A DNA stretch of 28,515 nt from Candidatus Methylomirabilia bacterium (GCA_041497895.1 JBGQHJ010000053.1:1-28515); one strand, 5' to 3'. Numbered from the stretch's first letter, positions 1 to 10,059 are shown. The notes: generated by a model not told the origin, from the letters alone. A program made the numbers and translations.

Positions 1-67
1 CGCGGGGCGAGGCGAAGCGCATCAGAAAAGCAGTCACGGTAGCGACTCGACAAAGGGGGAAGAAGCG

Positions 68-1822
68 GTGAAGCTCTCAGGCGCCCGGATCGTCCTCGAG
101 TGCATCAAGCGAGAAGGCGTGGATCTCATCTTCGGTCTGCCGGGCGGCGCGGTCCTGCCGATCTACGACGCCCTGTACGACTTCGAGGGCCTGCGCCACG
201 TCCTGGTCCGCCAGGAGGCCGCCGCCGGGCACGCGGCGGAAGGTTACGCGCGGACGTCCGGCAAGGTCGGCGTCTGCCTCGTCACCTCGGGGCCGGCCGC
301 CACCAATTTGGTGACCGCGCTGCAAGACGCCCTGATGGACTCGATCCCGATCGTCGCCTTCACCGGCCAGGTGCCGACTCACCTGATCGGTAACGACGCC
401 TTCCAGGAGGCCGACAACGTCGGCATCACCCGCTCGGCCACCAAGCACAACTTCCTGGTGAAGGACGGCAAGGACCTGGCCCCGATCATCAAGGAGGCGT
501 TCTACATCGCCTCCACCGGGCGACCGGGCCCGGTGCACGTGGACTTGCCCAAGGACATTCTGGTCAAGGAGTGGAACTTCGAGTACCCGGAGCGGGTGCA
601 CCTGCGCTCGTACAACCCGACCTACGAGGGCCATCCGGGGCAGATCAAGAAGGCGGCCCGCTCGATGGTGCGGGCCAAGCGCCCGGTGCTCTACGTGGGC
701 GGCGGCGCCATCTCCTCCGACGCCTCTCCCGAGCTGCGCGAGCTGGCCGACTTGACCCAGATCCCGGTGACCCAGACCCTGATGGGCCTGGGCTCGTTCC
801 CGATGGCGGATCCCCTGTCGCTCGACATGCTCGGCATGCACGGAACCTACTACGCCAACATGGCGGTGCACCACTCGGACTGCCTGGTCGCGGTGGCCGC
901 GCGCTTCGACGACCGGGTGACCGGGCGGGTCGACGCGTTCTCGCCGAACGCGGAGATCATCCACATCGACATCGATCCCTCCTCGATCTCCAAGAACATC
1001 AAGGTCGACATCCCGATCGTGGGCGACTGCAAGCGCGTGCTGCGGCGGCTGGTGGAGGCGGTGCGCGAGGAGCTGAAGGACGGGGTGCCCGCCGCGGTGA
1101 CCGAGGGGCGGCGGCAGTGGGCCGCCCAGATCGCGGAGTGGAAGCGCGACTTCCCGCTCCGCTACGACTGGGACGACGACGTGATCAAGCCCCAGTACGT
1201 GATCCAGGAGCTGTCGAACCTCACCCAGGGTGAGGCGCATGTGGTCACCGGGGTGGGGCAGCACCAGATGTGGGCCGCCCAGTACTATCGCTTCAAGCAC
1301 CCGCGTCGGTGGTGCACCTCGGGCGGTCTCGGCACCATGGGCTACGGCCTGCCCACCGCGATGGGGGTGCAGGCCGCGCATCCGGGCAAGCTCGTGGTCA
1401 ACATCGACGGTGACGGCTCGTTCGCCATGAACAGCCAGGAGCTGGCCACCTGCTTCACCGAGAACCTGCCGGTCAAGACCATCATCATCAACAACAGCGG
1501 GCACGGCATGGTGCGACAGTGGCAGCGCATCATCTACAAGGAGCGCTACTTCGCGATCGACCTGCCCGGCATCCCGGACTGGGTGAAGCTGGCCGAGGCC
1601 TACGGCTGCGTCGGCATCCGGGTGACCAAGCCGAGCGAGGTGGTGCCCGCGCTGGAGAAGATGCTGAGCACTCCCGCGCCGGTCGTGATGGACGTCTGCG
1701 TGGACAAGGACGAGTGTGTGTTCCCGATGGTGCCGGCGGGCGGCGCCAACAAGGACATGATCCTGGCCCCCCCGACCCGCGAGGTCCGGGAGAAGGCCGC
1801 CAAGTCCCAGACAGGCTTCTAG
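68..1822 (+). CDS. ilvB: Acetolactate synthase large (catalytic) subunit
   Basis: 584 aa. Motifs [47 protein letters not shown] and the ThDP motif GDGS...NN. GTG start with AGGGGGA upstream. Confidence 0.96.
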   Translation: MKLSGARIVLECIKREGVDLIFGLPGGAVLPIYDALYDFEGLRHVLVRQEAAAGHAAEGYARTSGKVGVCLVTSGPAATNLVTALQDALMDSIPIVAFTGQVPTHLIGNDAFQEADNVGITRSATKHNFLVKDGKDLAPIIKEAFYIASTGRPGPVHVDLPKDILVKEWNFEYPERVHLRSYNPTYEGHPGQIKKAARSMVRAKRPVLYVGGGAISSDASPELRELADLTQIPVTQTLMGLGSFPMADPLSLDMLGMHGTYYANMAVHHSDCLVAVAARFDDRVTGRVDAFSPNAEIIHIDIDPSSISKNIKVDIPIVGDCKRVLRRLVEAVREELKDGVPAAVTEGRRQWAAQIAEWKRDFPLRYDWDDDVIKPQYVIQELSNLTQGEAHVVTGVGQHQMWAAQYYRFKHPRRWCTSGGLGTMGYGLPTAMGVQAAHPGKLVVNIDGDGSFAMNSQELATCFTENLPVKTIIINNSGHGMVRQWQRIIYKERYFAIDLPGIPDWVKLAEAYGCVGIRVTKPSEVVPALEKMLSTPAPVVMDVCVDKDECVFPMVPAGGANKDMILAPPTREVREKAAKSQTGF

Positions 1823-1911
1823 ATGACGCGGGCTCGAGAGCGCCGAAACGAGTGTCCGCGGACTGGGGGAGTGCGGGGGCCATTTCCGGGCCCCCGCATC
1901 GGAAAGACTAG
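1819..1911. repeat. CTAG-bounded intergenic element containing a GC-rich hairpin (REP/MITE-like)
   Basis: CTAG at 1819-1822 and 1908-1911. Perfect 10-bp inverted repeat TGCGGGGGCC (1872-1881) / GGCCCCCGCA (1889-1898). Confidence 0.45.
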
Positions 1912-1965
1912 CGGATCCGACTGTCCGCCCACGGCGCGCAGCCAGGCGAGGAAGGGAGCATCCCG

Positions 1966-2559
1966 TTGAGTGAAGCAGGCGCCATCGAGAAGCACACCAT
2001 CGCGGTGCTGGTGGAGAACAAGTTCGGCGTGCTGTCCCGCGTGGCGGGTCTGTTCTCGGCGCGGGGGTACAACATCGAGAGCCTGTCGGTGGGCGAGACC
2101 CTGGATCCGTCGGTGTCGCGCATGACGCTGGTGGTGCGGGGGGATGCCTTCGTCATCGAGCAGGTGATCAAGCAGCTCCACAAGCTGATCGACGTCATCA
2201 AGGTCACCGATCTCAGCGAGGAGAACCACGTCGAGCGGGAGATGCTCCTGCTCAAGGTGAACGCGGAGCCGGCCAACCGGGCCGAGATCCTGCGCCTCGG
2301 CGACATCTTCCGGGCCAAGGTGGTGGACGTGACCCCGACCACCTACACCCTGGAGCTCACCGGCGAGGAATCGAAGATCGAGGGCATCATCGAGCTGCTG
2401 CGGCCCTTCGGCATCCAGGAGATCGTGCGCACCGGCAAGGTGGCCATCGCGCGGGGGCCCAAGACGCGGCTGCGCAAGGTGGAGGAGCGGCTGGGCAAGC
2501 CGCGCGAGGGCGCGCGGCCCGCGGCCGACGATCCGAGGGTGGTCGGGTTCGCGGACTGA
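1966..2559 (+). CDS. ilvN: Acetolactate synthase small regulatory (ACT) subunit
   Basis: [44 protein letters not shown] and EIVRTG. Follows ilvB. TTG start after GAAGGGAG. Confidence 0.95.
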   Translation: MSEAGAIEKHTIAVLVENKFGVLSRVAGLFSARGYNIESLSVGETLDPSVSRMTLVVRGDAFVIEQVIKQLHKLIDVIKVTDLSEENHVEREMLLLKVNAEPANRAEILRLGDIFRAKVVDVTPTTYTLELTGEESKIEGIIELLRPFGIQEIVRTGKVAIARGPKTRLRKVEERLGKPREGARPAADDPRVVGFAD

Positions 2560-2615
2560 CCGTCGACGACCGACCGTTTTCCAACGAAGGAAATCGAGAG
2601 AAAGGCACGAGAACC

Positions 2616-3620
2616 ATGCCGGCCAGAATCTTCTACGACCAGGACGCAGACCTGGGTTTGCTGCGGGGCAAGACCGTCGCGGTCATCGGCTACGGGAGCC
2701 AGGGGCACGCGCATGCGCTGAACCTGAAGGACTCCGGCCAGAAGGTCGTGGTCGGGCTGTACAAGGGCTCCAAGAGCTGGGCGCGGGCCGAGAAGGACGG
2801 GCTCAAGGTGATGACGGTCAACGACGCGGCCGCGGCCGGCGACGTGGTCATGATCCTGCTGCCGGACCAGACCCAGCGGCAGGTCTTCGAGGAGTCGATC
2901 AAGGGCGTGCTGACCAAGGGCAAGATGCTGATGTTCGCCCACGGGTTCAACATCCACTTCAACCAGGTGGTGCCCCCGGCCGACGTCGACGTGTCCATGA
3001 TCGCCCCCAAGGCTCCCGGCCACGTGATGCGCGACCTGTTCACCCAGGGCCCGGGCGTGCCCGCGCTGGTGGCGGTCTACCAGGACGTGTCGGGCAAGGC
3101 GCGCGATCTGGCCCTCGCCTACGGCAAGGGGGTGGGCTGCACCCGCGCCGGCGTCATCGAGACCACCTTCAAGGAAGAGACCGAGACCGATCTCTTCGGA
3201 GAGCAGACCACCCTCTGCGGCGGCGTCTCCCACCTGATCAAGGCCGCCTACGAGACCCTGGTGGAGGCGGGCTACCAGCCCGAGGTCGCCTACTTCGAGT
3301 GCATGCACGAGATGAAGCTGATCGTCGACCTGTTCTACCAGGGCGGCCTCGCCTACATGCGCTACTCGGTCTCCGACACCGCCGAGTACGGCGACTACAC
3401 CCGGGGCCCGCGGATCATCGACGATCGCACCAAGGCCGAGATGAAGAAGATCCTCTCCGAGATCCAGTCCGGCCAGTTCGCCCGGGAGTGGGTGCTGGAG
3501 AACCAGGCCCACCGCGCCGGCTTCCTCGCGATGCGGAAGCGCGACGCCGACCATCCCATCGAGGAGGTGGGCGGGCGGCTGCGCAAGATGATGTCCTGGA
3601 TCAAGCCGCCGCGGGAGTGA
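2616..3620 (+). CDS. ilvC: Ketol-acid reductoisomerase (class I)
   Basis: [40 protein letters not shown] and SDTAEYG. Confidence 0.97.
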   Translation: MPARIFYDQDADLGLLRGKTVAVIGYGSQGHAHALNLKDSGQKVVVGLYKGSKSWARAEKDGLKVMTVNDAAAAGDVVMILLPDQTQRQVFEESIKGVLTKGKMLMFAHGFNIHFNQVVPPADVDVSMIAPKAPGHVMRDLFTQGPGVPALVAVYQDVSGKARDLALAYGKGVGCTRAGVIETTFKEETETDLFGEQTTLCGGVSHLIKAAYETLVEAGYQPEVAYFECMHEMKLIVDLFYQGGLAYMRYSVSDTAEYGDYTRGPRIIDDRTKAEMKKILSEIQSGQFAREWVLENQAHRAGFLAMRKRDADHPIEEVGGRLRKMMSWIKPPRE

Positions 3621-3645
3621 CGGCGGCCGCTCCGCGAGCGTCCGG

Positions 3646-4272
3646 TTGCGTGTTCCCGTAGCCCCCGAGGGGTGGCCGTTCATCCTGCCCCTCGCGGCGG
3701 CCGCGTGTATCATGGCCTGGATGGGCTGGTGGGCCGCCGCCGCGATCTTCGCGGTCGCGGGACTCGGCTGTCTCGGCTTCTTCCGCGATCCCGAGCGGAC
3801 CCCGCCCGCCCTCCCGGGGGCGGTGGTGGCTCCCGCGGACGGGCGCGTGATGGCGGTGACCGAGGTGGTGGATCCGTGGGTGGGCCCGGCGACGCGGGTG
3901 TCGATCTTCCTCTCGCCGCTCGACGTTCACGTCAACCGCGCCCCGGTCGGCGGCCTGGTGAAGAACGTCGAGTACGTGCCGGGGCGGTTCATGGCCGCCT
4001 ACCGGCCGGAGGCGTCGGAGGAGAACGAGCGGTGCACGGTGAGCGTGGAGGGAGAGACCGCCCGCGTGGCGGTGAGGCAGATCGCGGGGGTGTTGGCCCG
4101 GCGGATCGTGTGCCGGGTGCGCGCGGGCGATAGCCTCCGGACCGGCGAGCGGTACGGGCTGATCCGGTTCGGCTCTCGCACCGATCTGATGGTGCCGCGC
4201 GGCACCGAGGTGCGGGTGCGGGTGGGCGATCGGGTGAGGGGAGGAGAGTCGGTGATGGGAGTGCTGCGATGA
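3646..4272 (+). CDS. psd: Phosphatidylserine decarboxylase proenzyme (short type)
   Basis: FFRDPER, APADG, SIFLSPLDVHVNRAP and IRFGSRTD (pyruvoyl-forming GS cleavage site). N-terminal hydrophobic segment. TTG start. Confidence 0.92.
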   Translation: MRVPVAPEGWPFILPLAAAACIMAWMGWWAAAAIFAVAGLGCLGFFRDPERTPPALPGAVVAPADGRVMAVTEVVDPWVGPATRVSIFLSPLDVHVNRAPVGGLVKNVEYVPGRFMAAYRPEASEENERCTVSVEGETARVAVRQIAGVLARRIVCRVRAGDSLRTGERYGLIRFGSRTDLMVPRGTEVRVRVGDRVRGGESVMGVLR

Positions 4273-5093
4273 GGCGGCGACACACGGGCGAGGCGGGGCG
4301 CGGCCCCCGGCGGCGGAAGTGGCAGGAGCTGCGCCAGCAGCCGCGTCGCGGCATCTTCCTGCTGCCGAGCCTGCTCACCACCGGGAACCTGTTCTGCGGG
4401 TTCCTGGCCCTGGTCCTGGCCTCGCAGTCCCGCTTCACCGAGGCCGCGATCTCGCTGTTCGTGGCGATGGTCATGGACATGCTGGACGGCAAGGTGGCCC
4501 GCCTCACCAAGACCACCACCCAGTTCGGGGTGGAGTTCGACTCGCTGGCCGACGTGGTCTCCTTCGGGGTGGCGCCCGCCTTCATGCTCTACTCGTTCGC
4601 GCTGGCCCCCCTGGGGCGCGCGGCCTGGCTGGGGGCGTTCCTGTTCGCGATCTGCGGCGCCCTGCGCCTGGCCCGCTTCAACGTGTACTCGGGCGTGACC
4701 GACCGCCGCTACTTCGTGGGCCTGCCGATCCCGGCCGCCGCGGGCATCGTGGCCTCGGTGGTGCTGCTCCTGGGCGACGACGAGATCCCCCGGTGGCTGG
4801 GGGCGGCCGTCGCGGCGGGGACCTACGTGGTGGCGATCCTGATGGTGACCACGTTCCGGTACTACAGCTTCAAGGAGATCGACTTCGCGCGCCGGCGGCC
4901 CGCGGGGGTGCTGGTGCTGGTGGTGCTGGGCGTGCTGATCGTGGCCACGCATCCCCAGTGGTTCCTGTTCCTGCTCTTCTCCGCGTACGTGGTCAGCGGC
5001 CCCACCCGGCCCCTGTGGGCGCGGCGCCGCGAGCCGGCCGTCGCGGCGGAGCGGGAGCACGGGGATTCACACGACCGTGAGCGGAGGATCTGA
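4269..5093 (+). CDS. pssA: CDP-diacylglycerol--serine O-phosphatidyltransferase
   Basis: CDP-alcohol phosphotransferase motif DMLDGKVAR...FGVEFDSLADVVSFGVAP, plus LRLARFN and GLPIPAAA. ATGA overlap with psd. Confidence 0.93.
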   Translation: MRRRHTGEAGRGPRRRKWQELRQQPRRGIFLLPSLLTTGNLFCGFLALVLASQSRFTEAAISLFVAMVMDMLDGKVARLTKTTTQFGVEFDSLADVVSFGVAPAFMLYSFALAPLGRAAWLGAFLFAICGALRLARFNVYSGVTDRRYFVGLPIPAAAGIVASVVLLLGDDEIPRWLGAAVAAGTYVVAILMVTTFRYYSFKEIDFARRRPAGVLVLVVLGVLIVATHPQWFLFLLFSAYVVSGPTRPLWARRREPAVAAEREHGDSHDRERRI

Positions 5094-5094
5094 C

Positions 5095-6642
5095 ATGGAC
5101 CGCGTGATCATCTTCGACACCACGCTCCGGGACGGCGAGCAGGCCCCTGGTTTCTCGATGAACACCGGGGAGAAGCTCGAGATGGCGCGGCAGCTCGCCC
5201 GCCTGAACGTGGACGTGATCGAGGCCGGCTTCCCGATCTCCTCCGACGAGGACTTCGAGGCCACCCGCGAGGTCGCCCGGCAGATCGGCGCGCTCGAGGG
5301 CGCCCCGATCATCTGCGGGCTCAGCCGGGTCGGGCTCATGGACATCGACCGGTGCTGGGAGGCGGTGAAGTACGCGCGGCGGCCGCGCATCCACACCTTC
5401 GTGGCCACCTCGGACATCCACCTCAAGTACAAGCTGCGCAAGAGCCGCGCCGAGGTCCTGAAGGCGGCGGTGGAGGCGGTCAAGCACGCGCGGGCCTACT
5501 GCGGCGACGTGGAGTTCTCGCCCGAGGACGCCTCCCGCTCCGACTTCGACTACATGTGCGACGTGCTGGAGGCGGTGATCGACGCGGGGGCCGGGACCAT
5601 CAACATCCCGGACACCGTCGGCTACGCGATTCCCGAGGAGTGGGCCCAGCGCATCGCCCGCATCCGGGAGCGGGTGAAGAACAGTGCCAAGGCGGTCATC
5701 TCGGTGCACTGCCACAACGATCTCGGGCAGGCGGTGGCCAACTCGGTGGCCGCGATCCGGTCGGGGGCGCGGCAGGTGGAGTGCGCGGTCAACGGGATCG
5801 GCGAGCGGGCCGGCAACGCCTCGCTCGAGGAGATCGTGATGGCGCTCCACACCCGCCGGGACTTCTTCGGGGTCGAGACCCAGGTCCGCACCGAGGAGAT
5901 CTTCAAGACCTCGCGCCTGCTCTCCCACATCACCGGGGTGCACGTGCAGCCCAACAAGGCGATCGTGGGGGAGAACGCCTTCGCCCACGAGGCGGGCATC
6001 CACCAGGACGGGGTGCTCAAGGAGAAGCTCACCTACGAGATCATGCGGCCCCAGGACATCGGGCGCGCCACCAACAAGCTCGTGATGGGCAAGCACTCCG
6101 GCCGGCACGCGCTGGCCGCGCGCCTGAAGGATCTCGGGTTCGAGCTGGACGAGGGCGCCCTCGGCAAGGCCTTCAAGCGCTTCAAGGATCTCGCGGATCG
6201 CAAGAAGGAGATCTTCGACGAGGACCTGATCTCGATCGTGAAGGACGACATCGCGCAGGTGCCCGAGACCTACACCCTCGACTACCTGCACTCGATCAGC
6301 GGCACCGGGATCATCCCCTCCGCGACGGTGCGGCTCAAGAAGGAGGAGCAGGTCTTCCAGGACTCGGGGGTCGGCGACGGGCCGGTGGACGCGGTTCTGA
6401 ACGCGATCGACGCCATCACCGGGATGAAGGGCCGGCTCCAGGACTACCAGCTGCGCGCGGTCACGTCCGGCAAGGACGCGCTGGGCGAGGTCTCGGTCAA
6501 GGTCGACTTCGACGGCAGTCTCGTCTTCGGCAAGGGCACCTCGACCGACGTGATCGAGGCGAGCGCCCGGGCCTACATCAACGCGGTGAACCGGCTCGTG
6601 CACCCCGCCAAGGGGCGCGACGTCCAGGAGGTCGGCCCCTAG
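5095..6642 (+). CDS. leuA: 2-isopropylmalate synthase
   Basis: IFDTTLRDGEQ, HCHND, GIGERAGN, HEAGIHQDG and a C-terminal regulatory domain (GDGPVDA). Start moved to ATG 5095, which follows GGAGGA. Confidence 0.95.
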   Translation: MDRVIIFDTTLRDGEQAPGFSMNTGEKLEMARQLARLNVDVIEAGFPISSDEDFEATREVARQIGALEGAPIICGLSRVGLMDIDRCWEAVKYARRPRIHTFVATSDIHLKYKLRKSRAEVLKAAVEAVKHARAYCGDVEFSPEDASRSDFDYMCDVLEAVIDAGAGTINIPDTVGYAIPEEWAQRIARIRERVKNSAKAVISVHCHNDLGQAVANSVAAIRSGARQVECAVNGIGERAGNASLEEIVMALHTRRDFFGVETQVRTEEIFKTSRLLSHITGVHVQPNKAIVGENAFAHEAGIHQDGVLKEKLTYEIMRPQDIGRATNKLVMGKHSGRHALAARLKDLGFELDEGALGKAFKRFKDLADRKKEIFDEDLISIVKDDIAQVPETYTLDYLHSISGTGIIPSATVRLKKEEQVFQDSGVGDGPVDAVLNAIDAITGMKGRLQDYQLRAVTSGKDALGEVSVKVDFDGSLVFGKGTSTDVIEASARAYINAVNRLVHPAKGRDVQEVGP

Positions 6643-6651
6643 GGGATCGCC

Positions 6652-7746
6652 ATGGCCACCTACAAGATCGCGGTACTGCCCGGCGACGGCATCGGGCAGG
6701 AGGTGACTCCGCAGGCGCAGCGCATTCTCCAGGTGGTCGCCCGCGCCACCGGCACGGGCTTCGAGTTCGAGACCGCGCTGGTGGGCGGCTCCGCCATCGA
6801 CGCGACCGGCCGGCCCCTGCCGCCCGCCACGCTGGCGCTGTGCCAGAGCGCGCACGCCATCCTCTTCGGATCGGTGGGCGGGCCCAAGTGGGACGACCTG
6901 CCCCAGGAGCAGCGGCCCGAGCGCGGCCTGCTCGGCATCCGCAAGGAGCTCGATCTCTTCGCCAACCTCCGCCCCGCGACGTGCTTCCCGATGCTGGTGG
7001 ACGCCTCGCCGCTGAAGCGCTCGATCGTCGAGGGGACGGACCTCATGGTCATCCGCGAGCTGACCGGCGGCCTCTACTTCGGCGAGCCGCGCGGGCGCGA
7101 GGACTTCGCCGACGGCGGCGCGCGCGCGGTGAACACCATGGCCTACACCTCGCGGGAGATCGAACGGGTGGCCCGCGCCGCGTTCGAGGTGGCGATGAAG
7201 CGGCGGAAGCGGCTGGCCTCGGTGGACAAGGCCAACGTGCTGGTGGTCTCCCAGCTCTGGCGCGAGGTCGTGACCCGGGTGGCCAAGGACTATCCGCAGG
7301 TGGCGCTCGAGCATCTGCTCGTCGACAACTGCGCGATGGCCCTCGTGCACAAGCCCACCCACTTCGACACCATCGTCACCGAGAACACCTTCGGCGACAT
7401 CCTGTCGGACGAGGCGGCCATCCTGGCCGGCTCGATGGGCATGCTGCCCTCGGCCAGCCTCGGCGGCGCGGGCGGCAAGAAGGGCCTCTACGAGCCGGTG
7501 CACGGCACCGCGCCCGACATCGCGGGCCAGGGCATCGCCAACCCGATCGCGGCGATCCTGTCGGCGGGCATGCTCCTTCGGTACTCGCTCGATCGCGGGC
7601 CGGACGCGGATCGCGTCGACGCCGCCGTCCTCCGCGTGCTCGAGCAGGGGCATCGCACGCGGGACATCCACTCCGCGGGCACGAAGCTCGTCGGGACCGT
7701 CGAGATGGGAGACCTGATCGTATCCGAAGTCGAGAAGTCGTACTAG
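6652..7746 (+). CDS. leuB: 3-isopropylmalate dehydrogenase
   Basis: [38 protein letters not shown] and [12 protein letters not shown]. Confidence 0.96.
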   Translation: MATYKIAVLPGDGIGQEVTPQAQRILQVVARATGTGFEFETALVGGSAIDATGRPLPPATLALCQSAHAILFGSVGGPKWDDLPQEQRPERGLLGIRKELDLFANLRPATCFPMLVDASPLKRSIVEGTDLMVIRELTGGLYFGEPRGREDFADGGARAVNTMAYTSREIERVARAAFEVAMKRRKRLASVDKANVLVVSQLWREVVTRVAKDYPQVALEHLLVDNCAMALVHKPTHFDTIVTENTFGDILSDEAAILAGSMGMLPSASLGGAGGKKGLYEPVHGTAPDIAGQGIANPIAAILSAGMLLRYSLDRGPDADRVDAAVLRVLEQGHRTRDIHSAGTKLVGTVEMGDLIVSEVEKSY

Positions 7747-7776
7747 ATCAACTAGATATATAGGAGATACTGAGTA

Positions 7777-8781
7777 ATGGCCTCAGGGCTGGTCGTCGCG
7801 GTGGTCGGTGTGACGGGGGCGGTGGGGCAGACCACGCTCAAGATCCTCGAGGAGCGCAAGTTCCCGGTCCGGGAGCTGCGCGCGTTCGCCTCCGCCCGCT
7901 CGGCGGGCAAGACCGTCACCTTCAAGGGCGAGACGGTGCGGGTGGAAGCGGTCGGCCCCGACGCCTTCAAGGGCGTGGAGCTCGCGCTCTTCTCCGCTGG
8001 ATCGGCCCAGTCGAAGGAGTACGCCCCGCTGGCCGTCCGGGCCGGCGCGATCGTCGTCGACAAGTCCAACGCCTTCCGGATGGACCCCCAGGTGCCGCTG
8101 GTGGTGCCGGAGATCAACCCGCACGCGGTGAAGGGGCACCGGGGCATCCTGGCGTGCCCGAACTGCACGACGATCGTCACCGTGATGCCGCTCAAGCCGC
8201 TGCACCAGGCGGGCGGGCTGCGGCGCGTGATCGCGACCAGCTACCAGGCCGTCTCGGGGGCCGGCGTCAACGGGGTCGAGGAGCTGCGCAGCCAGACGCT
8301 GGCGTGGGCGCGCGGGGAAGCCATCACCCCGCGGTTCTTCCAGCACCAGATCGCCTTCAACGTGATCCCCCACATCGACAAGTTCGGGGACGACGGCTAC
8401 ACCGGCGAGGAGATCAAGCTGGTCAACGAGGTCCGCAAGATCCTCGAGCTGCCCGACTTGCCCGTGTCGCCCACGACGGTGCGCGTCCCCGTCTTCACCG
8501 CGCACTCGGTCGCGGTCAACGCGGAGACGGAGCGGAAGGTCAGCCGCGAGCGGGCGCGCGAGGCCTTCGCGGGATTCCCCGGCCTCAAGCTCTGGGACGA
8601 TCCGGGGGAGGGCCGCTACCCGATGCCGGTGCTCGTGGAAGGGCAGGACGACTGCTACGTGGGACGCGTCCGCGAGGACCTTTCCCAGCCGAACGCGCTC
8701 AACTTCTGGGTGGTGGGCGACCAGCTCCGCAAGGGCGCCGCGCTCAACGGCATCCAGATCGCGGAGCTGCTGATCCGCTGA
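7777..8781 (+). CDS. asd: Aspartate-semialdehyde dehydrogenase
   Basis: VGVTGAVG, catalytic PNCTT, SYQAVSGAG, RVPVFTAHS and DQLRKGAALN. AGGAG SD upstream. Confidence 0.95.
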   Translation: MASGLVVAVVGVTGAVGQTTLKILEERKFPVRELRAFASARSAGKTVTFKGETVRVEAVGPDAFKGVELALFSAGSAQSKEYAPLAVRAGAIVVDKSNAFRMDPQVPLVVPEINPHAVKGHRGILACPNCTTIVTVMPLKPLHQAGGLRRVIATSYQAVSGAGVNGVEELRSQTLAWARGEAITPRFFQHQIAFNVIPHIDKFGDDGYTGEEIKLVNEVRKILELPDLPVSPTTVRVPVFTAHSVAVNAETERKVSRERAREAFAGFPGLKLWDDPGEGRYPMPVLVEGQDDCYVGRVREDLSQPNALNFWVVGDQLRKGAALNGIQIAELLIR

Positions 8782-9557
8782 CCCCGCCGCGCACCGTCCG
8801 GCTCACCCTCGCCTACGACGGCACCGAGCTGCACGGCTGGCAGGTGCAGCCGGGGCTGCCGACGGTGCAGGGGCTGCTCATCGAGACGGCCGAGCGCGTG
8901 CTGGGCAGGCCGGTGAAGGTGGTCGGGGCGAGCCGGACCGACGCGGGCGTCCACGCCCTCCGCCAGGTAGCGAGCCTGGCCACCTCGTCGGCGATGCCCC
9001 CCCCGGTGCTCCAGCGCGCGCTCAACGCGCTCCTGCCGCCGGCGGTCCGCGTGCTGGCCGCGCGGGAGGCGCCCGCCGGCTTCGACGCGCGGCGCTGGGC
9101 CCGTGGCAAGCGCTACGTCTACCTCATCGATCGCGGCCCGCAGGCCGATCCCTTCCTGCGCCGGCATGCGTGGCACGCGCCTTTCCGGCTGGATGCGGAA
9201 GCCATGGCGGCGGCGCTCCGCGCGGTGCGCGGCAAGCACGACTTCTCCGCGTTCTGCGCGGCGGCCGGGCGGGGGCGGACGCCGACCTGCACGGTGCGCT
9301 CGGCCCGCGTCGTGGAGCGACGGCATCTCCTCGCGGTGTGGCTCTCCGCCGACAGCTTCCTCCACCACATGGTCAGGAACATCGTGGGCAGCCTGGTCGA
9401 AGTGGGCCGGGGCGCGCGTCCGCCCGGCTGGATCGCCGACCTGCTCGACGGCCGGGACCGTACGCGCGCGGGTCCCACCGCGCCTCCGGAGGGCCTCTTC
9501 CTGGTGCGGGTCCTGTACGAGCCCGGCGGACCGGCGCGCGTCCCGCCCACGCCATGA
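8778..9557 (+). CDS. truA: tRNA pseudouridine(38-40) synthase
   Basis: LAYDGT..GWQ.Q, ASRTDAGVHA (catalytic Asp), GKHDFSAF, FLHHMVRNIVG and TAPPEGL. The start is uncertain; the best candidate is CTG at 8778 overlapping the asd stop. Confidence 0.9.
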   Translation: MTPPRTVRLTLAYDGTELHGWQVQPGLPTVQGLLIETAERVLGRPVKVVGASRTDAGVHALRQVASLATSSAMPPPVLQRALNALLPPAVRVLAAREAPAGFDARRWARGKRYVYLIDRGPQADPFLRRHAWHAPFRLDAEAMAAALRAVRGKHDFSAFCAAAGRGRTPTCTVRSARVVERRHLLAVWLSADSFLHHMVRNIVGSLVEVGRGARPPGWIADLLDGRDRTRAGPTAPPEGLFLVRVLYEPGGPARVPPTP

Positions 9558-9889
9558 CCGAGGCCACGGACCGGCCCGACGATCCGCCGGACGAGGCCCC
9601 GCGAGGCAAGGGCTTCCGGGCGCGGAAGCGTGAGGATCACGCGCTCGTGCTGATCCGGGACCTGCTGGCGAGTCTCGGGGATCTGCCGCGCGTCCGGGAC
9701 CTCATGCGGGAGCTCAGCCGCTACTACGACCCGGTGCTGGGCGGGGCCATCCTGGAGGTCCGGCATCAGCGCACCATCGTCGAGGCCCTCGAGGCCGGGC
9801 GGACCGAGGAGGCCCGGGCGCTGATCGAGGAGCGGTACGAGCTCTACATCCGCGACCGGGCCCATCTCGGGCGGGCCGAGGAAGGCTGA
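9554..9889 (+). CDS. Small hypothetical helical protein (111 aa)
   Basis: ATGA overlap with the truA stop. Codon pattern resembles the neighbouring genes. It ends just before the fdh promoter. Confidence 0.7.
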   Translation: MTEATDRPDDPPDEAPRGKGFRARKREDHALVLIRDLLASLGDLPRVRDLMRELSRYYDPVLGGAILEVRHQRTIVEALEAGRTEEARALIEERYELYIRDRAHLGRAEEG

Positions 9890-9917
9890 CCCGCCACCGG
9901 AACCGGTAAAGATTCCC

Positions 9918-9947
9918 TTGACTGATGGTCCGACCAGTCCCTAGAAT
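9918..9947 (+). promoter_or_regulatory. Sigma70-type promoter of the fdh operon, with the palindrome TGGTC-C-GACCA in the spacer
   Basis: TTGACT (9918-9923), 18-bp spacer, TAGAAT (9942-9947). Perfect palindrome at 9926-9936. Confidence 0.7.
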
Positions 9948-10059
9948 CTCCGCAAGTTGCGGGCCAACAAGACGAAAGCCGGAGCCCGATTCGACCCGCG
10001 CCCGTCCGGGCGCTCGATGCAGTCGGCTGACCACTAACGAGACACAGCGAGGTGTCGCC

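Noticed and set aside
1..67. Possible ilv leader peptide/attenuator or end of an upstream gene (frame-1 TAG at 40-42)
   Set aside because: Too little sequence. No Ile/Leu/Val-rich peptide or terminator is visible.
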